From the NCBI GenBank assembly GCA_965203175.1, contig OZ241867.1, positions 4,480,001 to 4,544,000 of the forward strand: a DNA stretch of 64,000 nt, written 5' to 3'. Source of the stretch: Candidatus Latescibacterota bacterium (GTDB lineage Bacteria > Latescibacterota > UBA2968 > UBA8231). Positions 57,546-64,000 of this stretch are shown here, piece by piece; the stretch's first letter is position 1, and each line of letters starts with the position of its first letter. The position numbers and the translations under genes were made by a program. The notes under the pieces were generated by a model. The model searched no databases. It was not told where the DNA came from and saw only the letters and a program-made list of their open reading frames with translations.

Positions 57546-58655
57546 TCAGTCCTTTTTAGGGGCCGAAGGTACAAAGGGCAGCTTGACCACCACGGCGGGT
57601 TGCCGCTTGCCCTTCATGTCAATGTACACATGAGTGCCTATTTTTTGCGCGCCGCGCTGTAAATAGGCCAGCCCGATTCCCTCGCCGAGCACCGGCGAGT
57701 GCGTCCCACTGGTCACGGTACCCACCTGCTCCTCGCGCAGGTCTAAAACCGGATAATCCGACCGGGGAATGCCCCTTTCCAGCATGCGGAATCCGCGCAA
57801 ACGGCGATAGCCTCCAACCGCTCGCTGTGCCCGCAGCGCCTCGGCCCCAACAAAATTCGCTTCTTTTTCCAAGTCCAGGGTCCAAGACAAACCCGCTTCT
57901 AGAGGAGTCGTCTGCTCGTTCAATTCGCTTCCATAGAGGCAAAAACCCATTTCGAGGCGCAAGGTGTCGCGCGCGCCTAGTCCACAAGGCTGGGCACCGG
58001 CTGCGCGGAGTTTCGCCCACAGCGCGGCGACTTGGTCGGCCGAGCACATGATCTCAAATCCATCTTCTCCAGTGTAGCCATTGCGGCTGAGTAACGCTCG
58101 TATCCCGGCGATCCCCATCACTGCGCAGCGATAGTACCCTAGCGCCACGCCAGCCGGTCCAGCGAGTGCTTCAATCAGGGCGGCAGCCCGTGGTCCCTGC
58201 ACCGCCACCATGCCCTGTTCATCGCTCAAATCCTCGATTTCCACATCCGACCACCCGGCTGCGCGCGAGGTAATCCACTGCCAGTCAGTAGCCTTACGGC
58301 TCGCATTGACCACCAAGAGGTACTCCTGCTGTGCGAGTCGGTACACTACCAGATCGTCCACGCATCCACCCTGTTCATTGCACAGCGGTGCGTAGAGCAT
58401 CTGGCCGATGGTCAATTCGCGCACCCGCGCCGGCAAGAGGCTGTCGAGAAAAGCCAACCCGAGCCCCCCGGAAACGGCGATCCGGCCCATGTGCGAGATG
58501 TCGAACAGTCCGGCCTCTCGGCGCACCGCCCAGTGTTCGCTGCGGATACCCTCGAACTGGACCGGCATTTCCCACCCCCCAAAAGGTGCCATGCGCCCGC
58601 CTTCGGCCACAGCGACTTCATAGAGAGGTGTCCGCTGCAAACGCTCATTTGTCAT
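57546..58655 (-). CDS. gcvT: glycine cleavage aminomethyltransferase T
   Basis: [34 protein letters not shown]. Confidence 0.96.
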   Translation of the reverse strand: MTNERLQRTPLYEVAVAEGGRMAPFGGWEMPVQFEGIRSEHWAVRREAGLFDISHMGRIAVSGGLGLAFLDSLLPARVRELTIGQMLYAPLCNEQGGCVDDLVVYRLAQQEYLLVVNASRKATDWQWITSRAAGWSDVEIEDLSDEQGMVAVQGPRAAALIEALAGPAGVALGYYRCAVMGIAGIRALLSRNGYTGEDGFEIMCSADQVAALWAKLRAAGAQPCGLGARDTLRLEMGFCLYGSELNEQTTPLEAGLSWTLDLEKEANFVGAEALRAQRAVGGYRRLRGFRMLERGIPRSDYPVLDLREEQVGTVTSGTHSPVLGEGIGLAYLQRGAQKIGTHVYIDMKGKRQPAVVVKLPFVPSAPKKD

Positions 58656-59271
58656 GACTGTCTCTTTCCTGTGCGACGCCGACGAGCTCGGCCCACAGTG
58701 CTTCCGCCTGCGCGGCGAGCGCGTCTAAGCCCTTGTTGTTGTCGATGACAAAGTCGGCGCGGGCCTTTTTTTTTCCCGGGTCCATCTGGCGGGCCATCCG
58801 TTGCCTAATCTCGCACACCGGCAAGCCGCTGCGCTCCTGCACTCGCGACACACACCGTTCCTCTTCAGCATCGACCACCACGACCCGGTCGAAGTTCCCC
58901 TCGTTTCCCCACTCGTATATCAGGGGCGCGTCAAATACCACTACTCCACCGGCGGCCTCTTCTACAGCCTGCGCCAGTCGGCGCTCTATGGCCGCTGATA
59001 GTGGCGGTCGCATAATTGTCTCTAGCTGCTGGCTCCCCTCGTCCGACCGCAGAGCGCGACGCCCCAACTCCTGGCGGTTCAAGCACCCGTCTAGACCGAG
59101 CAAATCGCGGCCGAATGCCGCTTGTAAATTCTCGACCACCGCTGGGATTATCGCCACTTCGCGGGCCACTTCGTCGGCATCAACTCGCAGTGCACCAAAT
59201 TCGACGAGTATCTGCGCCAGTGCGGACTTGCCCGCCCCCATACCGCCGGTAATGCCTACGAGCACGCGCAC
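58645..59271 (-). CDS. coaE: dephospho-CoA kinase
   Basis: GITGGMGAGKS, DAD, DAPLIYE, ADFVIDN. Confidence 0.93.
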   Translation of the reverse strand: MRVLVGITGGMGAGKSALAQILVEFGALRVDADEVAREVAIIPAVVENLQAAFGRDLLGLDGCLNRQELGRRALRSDEGSQQLETIMRPPLSAAIERRLAQAVEEAAGGVVVFDAPLIYEWGNEGNFDRVVVVDAEEERCVSRVQERSGLPVCEIRQRMARQMDPGKKKARADFVIDNNKGLDALAAQAEALWAELVGVAQERDSHDK

Positions 59272-59431
59272 CTGTGGTCAGCTAGGGCCAAATAACAGAA
59301 CTCAAAGAATTGTATCACTATACCTTGCAGTGAGTTAAGGGACTGATCTTCGGTGGGCAACGACGTGCTGCGAACGGAATAAAATGTACCGCGCTACCCC
59401 AGCGCGGTCAACCGATCTATAACGGTGCCCA

Positions 59432-59460
59432 TTGACACTGTATTGGACATCGTCTATAGT
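59432..59460 (+). promoter_or_regulatory. sigma70-type promoter of clpP
   Basis: TTGACA-17 nt-TATAGT. Confidence 0.7.
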
Positions 59461-59505
59461 CCATAAATTAGCGAATAGGCTCTCTTCTCACGAACAGAAT
59501 AGCAC

Positions 59506-60111
59506 ATGGCCATCGTACCCGTAGTAATCGAACAGACCGGCCGCGGCGAGCGCGCCTACGACATTTTCTCTCGCCTTCTCAAGGAGCGGATCATCTTCAT
59601 CAGCACTCCGATCGACGACCACGAAGCCAACCTCGTCATCGCCCAGCTGCTCTTTCTGACCTCAGAAGACCCGAAGAAAGACATCTCGCTCTACATCAAC
59701 AGCCCCGGCGGTAGCCTCACCGCCGGCTTGGCCATCTACGACACCATGAAGTACGTCCCCTGCGACGTAGCAACGCTGTGCATCGGCCAAGCGTACAGCA
59801 TGAGCGCGATTCTCCTCGCCGGCGGTACCAAGGGCAAGCGCCACGCCCTTGCTCATTCTCGGCTCATGCTGCACCAGCCCTGGGGAGGCGTTCGCGGCCA
59901 AGCAGCCGATATCGAAATCCACGCCCGCGAAATCGTCGAGTGGCGCGACCGGCTCAACCAGATCTTAGTCCAAGATACCGGTCAGCCGCTCGAGCGCATC
60001 GAGCTAGTCACCGAACGCGATTACTTTCTGTCGCCCGAAGAGGCGATCGACTTCGGACTAATCGATGGTCTGCTGGCGTCCGAAAAAGAGCTAGCAGCTC
60101 TCGTCGACTAA
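59506..60111 (+). CDS. clpP: ATP-dependent Clp protease proteolytic subunit
   Basis: [17 protein letters not shown], triad S (AYSM), H (LHQP), D (ERD). Confidence 0.96.
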   Translation: MAIVPVVIEQTGRGERAYDIFSRLLKERIIFISTPIDDHEANLVIAQLLFLTSEDPKKDISLYINSPGGSLTAGLAIYDTMKYVPCDVATLCIGQAYSMSAILLAGGTKGKRHALAHSRLMLHQPWGGVRGQAADIEIHAREIVEWRDRLNQILVQDTGQPLERIELVTERDYFLSPEEAIDFGLIDGLLASEKELAALVD

Positions 60112-61391
60112 TGTTCCAGCGGGAAGGCGACCACCTCACCTAAGCAAGACGCGCCGGCAACGATCATAACCAGCCGATCCAATCCCAAGGCCACGCCACC
60201 AGCCGGTGGAATGCCTCGTTCCATAGCCGTGAGAAACGCCTCGTCGGCCGGTGCGCGCCCCGGTCGCGCGCCCCGTGCAAAGCGCTCGCGCTGTTGGGCT
60301 GGGTCATTTAACTCCGTATAGCCATTTGATAGCTCCACTCCCCCCAAGTACGCCTCCGTCCTCTCAGCTATAGCTGGATTGCCTTCTTTTAATTTGGCCA
60401 ATGCGGCCAATTGCCGGGGATAATCGAAAAGATGGACGGCTCCTAGTTTGGCTAGTTCTGGCTCGACTCTCTCCAGCAGAATTTTGTGGTATAAGTCTTC
60501 CCAACTATCCCCCCGTCTAGCGCTGTCGTAGCCTAGGACACGTGCACGGCGAAAAAGCGACCCCGTGTCTGCACAGGCATTCAAATCGACGGCGGCCCAG
60601 CGCGCAAAGGCATCGCGGACGCTAAGCCGCTTCCACGGCGGCTGTAAATCGACCTCGCGTCCTTCTCGGACTACGCTCGACCGCCCCAAGACGCTTCCCA
60701 CCACATGGATCACCAAATTTTCGACATCGGCCATGATTTCTTCGTAACTGGCGTACGCCCGATACCATTCGATTAGGGCAAACTCGGGATTGTGTTGCGG
60801 CCCCATCTCCCCATTGCGGTACGAGCGGCTGATCTGGTAAATCCGCTCAAAGCCCACCCCTAGCAACCGCTTCATATACAGCTCGGGCGAGGGGGCCAGG
60901 TAAAGCTGTTCCTGCGCCTTATCCCCTTGGTATTCTGTGGCAAATAGCTGTATGTGCTCTTCTTGTGCCGAGGCGCGGGCCAACGTGGGCGTCTCCACAG
61001 CGAGAAAGCCCGCATCCTTGAAAAAACTGCGCACGGCATCTAACACTGCGGCCCGTACCCGCATATTCGCCCACAGCCCGTTGGAGTGAAACCGCGTCCA
61101 ATCCCCCTGGCTCCAATCCGCTCGGCTAGAGGCTAACAAGCGAATTTGAGTGACGTCTATAACCCCTTCTGCAGCAATTCCATATAACTCGACTATATCC
61201 CCGGTTTTTATCCCTTCTACCCGCGTCTCTACAACGAAATCAACCCCTCCGCTCTCGTCTGCGATTCTCCCCCTCCCTTTGGCTAGGTGGAGAAGCCGCC
61301 CCCGCACAGCCACTTCTCCGACCAAGATTGCCGCAGCGGCCACAGGCTGGTGTCGCCACAGCATCCGCGATGGGTAATACCTAGATTGCAT
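60108..61391 (-). CDS. epmA: EF-P lysine aminoacylase EpmA/GenX with N-terminal OB-fold-like extension
   Basis: [37 protein letters not shown]. Confidence 0.88.
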   Translation of the reverse strand: MQSRYYPSRMLWRHQPVAAAAILVGEVAVRGRLLHLAKGRGRIADESGGVDFVVETRVEGIKTGDIVELYGIAAEGVIDVTQIRLLASSRADWSQGDWTRFHSNGLWANMRVRAAVLDAVRSFFKDAGFLAVETPTLARASAQEEHIQLFATEYQGDKAQEQLYLAPSPELYMKRLLGVGFERIYQISRSYRNGEMGPQHNPEFALIEWYRAYASYEEIMADVENLVIHVVGSVLGRSSVVREGREVDLQPPWKRLSVRDAFARWAAVDLNACADTGSLFRRARVLGYDSARRGDSWEDLYHKILLERVEPELAKLGAVHLFDYPRQLAALAKLKEGNPAIAERTEAYLGGVELSNGYTELNDPAQQRERFARGARPGRAPADEAFLTAMERGIPPAGGVALGLDRLVMIVAGASCLGEVVAFPLEH

Positions 61392-61405
61392 TGCGCGTTT
61401 CCCAC

Positions 61406-61449
61406 AAAAAAAACCCCTCTCCGCCAGCGAACGCACTAGTAGAGAAGGG
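61406..61449 (-). terminator. intrinsic terminator after clpX
   Basis: Minus strand CCCTTCTCTACTAG...CTGGCGGAGAGGGG then T8. Confidence 0.55.
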
Positions 61450-61481
61450 ACACAGCTAAAGCCCAAAGCCCGGTTTGGGAA

Positions 61482-62708
61482 TCAGGCCCTCTTCTTGTTA
61501 TACACAAAAGTCGGCGGTGCTTTGTTTTCGATGAACTCCTTGGTAATGACGCATTCGGCGATGTCGTTTCGGGCTGGGAGATCGAACATGATTTCAAACA
61601 TGACGGTCTCTAAGACTGCCCGCAGACCGCGCGCTCCCATTTCTTTTTCTTGGGTCGATTCGACGACCTTCTGCAGAGCTTCTTCTTCAAATCGCAGGGA
61701 AATGCCGTCCATCTCAAACAGTTTTTGGTACTGTTTGACGAGTGCGTTCCTCGGTTTAAGCAGGATGTCCATCAATGCCTGATCGCTGAGGGGGTGCAAA
61801 ATACCCACCACCGGCAAGCGGCCAATCAATTCGGGAATTAGACCGTACTGGATCAATTCTTCGGGTTCGACTCGCGCCAGCAGATTAACCCCGTCCATTT
61901 CCTCGCCGTCGTCAAGGCGGCCACCAAAGCCCATGGACTTGGTTCCGATGCGCTGGCTAATAATTTTGTCTAGTCCATCGAAAGCCCCTCCACAGATAAA
62001 GAGAATGTTTTTGGTGTTTATTTGCACCAAGGGCTGTTCGGGATGCTTGCGTCCTCCCTTAGGAGGCACCCCTGACACCGTCCCCTCTAAGATCTTGAGG
62101 AGCTCCTGTTGGACGCCTTCACCTGAAACGTCGCGAGTTATGGAGGGATTGCCGGATTTGCGGGCGACTTTGTCCAGTTCGTCGATGAACAAGATTCCGC
62201 GCTCGGCTTGTTTGACATCGTAATCTGCGGCTTGGAGGAGCCGCACTAGGATATTCTCTACGTCCTCGCCCACGTATCCGGCCTCGGTAAGGACGGTGGC
62301 ATCGACGATGGCAAAGGGCACTTGTAATACGCGCGCCAACGTCTCCGCCAAAAGCGTCTTGCCCACTCCGGTGGGGCCGATGAGCAGAATATTGCTCTTA
62401 CTGAGCTGGACATCCGCAGCACCGGAATGTACCCGCTTGTAGTGATTGTATACGGCAACCGAGAGCGCTTTTTTAGCGCGTTCTTGGCCAATGATATGCG
62501 CGTCGAGGTGGGCCTTAATTTCAGCTGGCTTGGGCAGCGGACGACCATTGAGACTGGGCTCGTGCTTATCGTCCTCTTCCAGCATCTCGTTGCACAAGCC
62601 GATGCACTCACTGCATATATACACCGAAGGTCCCTGAATGACCTTCTCGACTTGCTCGCCCCCCTTGCCGCAGAACGAACAGGCTATATCGGGCGCTTTT
62701 TTACTCAT
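61482..62708 (-). CDS. clpX: ATP-dependent Clp protease ATP-binding subunit
   Basis: CSFCG zinc domain, [22 protein letters not shown] loop, GARGLR. Confidence 0.97.
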   Translation of the reverse strand: MSKKAPDIACSFCGKGGEQVEKVIQGPSVYICSECIGLCNEMLEEDDKHEPSLNGRPLPKPAEIKAHLDAHIIGQERAKKALSVAVYNHYKRVHSGAADVQLSKSNILLIGPTGVGKTLLAETLARVLQVPFAIVDATVLTEAGYVGEDVENILVRLLQAADYDVKQAERGILFIDELDKVARKSGNPSITRDVSGEGVQQELLKILEGTVSGVPPKGGRKHPEQPLVQINTKNILFICGGAFDGLDKIISQRIGTKSMGFGGRLDDGEEMDGVNLLARVEPEELIQYGLIPELIGRLPVVGILHPLSDQALMDILLKPRNALVKQYQKLFEMDGISLRFEEEALQKVVESTQEKEMGARGLRAVLETVMFEIMFDLPARNDIAECVITKEFIENKAPPTFVYNKKRA

Positions 62709-62714
62709 CTTCCC

Positions 62715-63362
62715 CTACGGCCTGCCCTCATCGTCATCTTGGGAATCCGGGGTACTATCCTGACTCTCAGAGGGATCGCTGGAGACTTCGACATTCTCGG
62801 CCTCCTCGGTTTCGTCGTGGAGCTCGGTCGTGGTCGGAATGTCCGAGGTCTCCGAGGTCGTCTCCTCTTCGGCCTTATCTTGGCCGGCCTTCATCACATT
62901 GATGGCTTGGAATCCCTTAGCGGTGCGGGTTACCATGAACTCAACTTCGTCATCTTGGGTCAAACTCCGGTCCCAAGAGGAAATATCGCGCCAGTGGACG
63001 AAGACATCGACATGGCTATCTGTAGAAATAAAACCATATCCCTTATCGTTGTTAAACCACTTGACTACGCCTCGAGTCCAAGTGTTTTCCGCCAAGGCAC
63101 GGCGATCATGCGTCGGGGGGGTGCTTTCTGCACTGCCGGGGAGTGAACGAGGCGGCTGCTTCTTTCCCTCACTCTCCAGAACGCGGGCGAGTAGGTCTTG
63201 CTTGAGGCTTTGGCCGCCCTCGGTACCTTGGGCGATCCACTCGATAGCCGCCATCATACCTATGACGTAAGGGCTATCATTGCCGTAGAGCCTGCGGGCG
63301 TCCCCAATGCGTTGAGCCAATTCACTCACCGCTGTGCTTTCTAAGTGTATTGAACTACCCAA
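62715..63362 (-). CDS. cold-shock domain protein with N-terminal helical domain and acidic tail
   Basis: GVVKWFNNDKGYGFI, DVFVHW; TTG start after AGGAG. Confidence 0.85.
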   Translation of the reverse strand: MGSSIHLESTAVSELAQRIGDARRLYGNDSPYVIGMMAAIEWIAQGTEGGQSLKQDLLARVLESEGKKQPPRSLPGSAESTPPTHDRRALAENTWTRGVVKWFNNDKGYGFISTDSHVDVFVHWRDISSWDRSLTQDDEVEFMVTRTAKGFQAINVMKAGQDKAEEETTSETSDIPTTTELHDETEEAENVEVSSDPSESQDSTPDSQDDDEGRP

Positions 63363-63464
63363 TCTACTCCTCCTACCCCCTAAAGGGCCTTAAATGCCGC
63401 TTAGCAAAATTTGGGATGGGATGCGAGACGATGTAGTTAAGCACATACATATAGGTTTGTCAAC

Positions 63465-64000
63465 CTATCTCAATCGGTATTGCCTGACCCCTTCGTAGAT
63501 GGTTTGGCTGCTTACTTTCGCGATGCCCGTGAGCGGTACGGCGATCAGCATCCCAACGATGCCCATCAACTGGCTTCCCACCATGACGACAAAGAGGACG
63601 ACCAAAGGGTGCAGCTCGACGCTTTTGGCCACCACTGTGGGTTGAATGAGTACGTTGTCGATCAGTTGAACGATCAAGAACATAATGATCACTTTGGCCA
63701 CCATCGCCAAGCCACCGCCGGTAGCCAAGGCCACAATCGAAGAACAAACGATCCCGATCAATGGCCCGAGATACGGGATTACGTTGGCCAATCCGGCGAG
63801 CAAACCCAGAGGCAAGGCATAATAGACGCCGATAATGGACAAGCCGCTAATCGAGAGCACAGATACGACGAGGACGGCCAAAAGCTGACCGCGGATATAA
63901 TTCCCGATCTGTTTATTGGCTTGATACATCAAGTTTAAGCACAACTCAAAATAGGCGTTGGGAACGAGTGCAATCAGGCACCGCGTCAAGCGCCGCCCCT
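63465..64000 (-). CDS. AI-2E family transporter (5' end outside window)
   Basis: YIRGQ, IPYLGP, LHPLVV, GIVGMLIAVP. Confidence 0.9.
   Translation of the reverse strand, partial: GRRLTRCLIALVPNAYFELCLNLMYQANKQIGNYIRGQLLAVLVVSVLSISGLSIIGVYYALPLGLLAGLANVIPYLGPLIGIVCSSIVALATGGGLAMVAKVIIMFLIVQLIDNVLIQPTVVAKSVELHPLVVLFVVMVGSQLMGIVGMLIAVPLTGIAKVSSQTIYEGVRQYRLR

Noticed and set aside
57531-57548. Minus-strand AAAGTCTTATGCAAC between gcvT and gcvP resembles the left arm of the dif-like sites
   Set aside because: No second arm at 6-bp spacing; half-site only
54670-58655. gcvH absent between gcvT and gcvP (likewise mreD absent after mreC)
   Set aside because: Split operons are common; absence cannot be judged from one window
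1-64000. CRISPR array, rRNA or IS elements
   Set aside because: No regularly spaced direct repeats, rRNA-like segments or transposase ORFs were seen

Overview
A 64 kb housekeeping-rich bacterial chromosome segment. Gene content (Bacteroidota-type bS22, DUF5989, PVM-like microcompartment genes, HprK, RqcH) suggests the FCB superphylum, possibly Latescibacterota; this is an inference. Genes from 1 to 20182 are almost all on +, and genes from 20277 to 64000 are mostly on -, as expected at a replication terminus. The most striking feature is a family of five AT-rich 28-bp dif-like (11-6-11) sites, consensus wwGTCwTATAA-N6-wTATGTnAAnn. Two lie on + left of the convergence point (11127, 16694) and three on - right of it (20230, 23154, 37596), so every XerD-like arm points inward. 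The innermost two are within a perfect 34-bp inverted repeat enclosing a 3.5 kb cassette: membrane protein, mutL with degenerate endonuclease motifs, and an intact tyrosine recombinase preceded by a different near-symmetric 13-6-13 site. Other notable items: a satellite microcompartment locus, a plant-type thrC/cystathionine gamma-synthase pair, a frameshifted non-catalytic prs paralogue, rimP apparently starting at AUU, a kinase-only ribF with a RibL-like gene elsewhere, a candidate anti-SD sRNA, four tRNAs and two small ORFs missed by the ORF track. All calls come from motif recognition by eye; no database searches were run.
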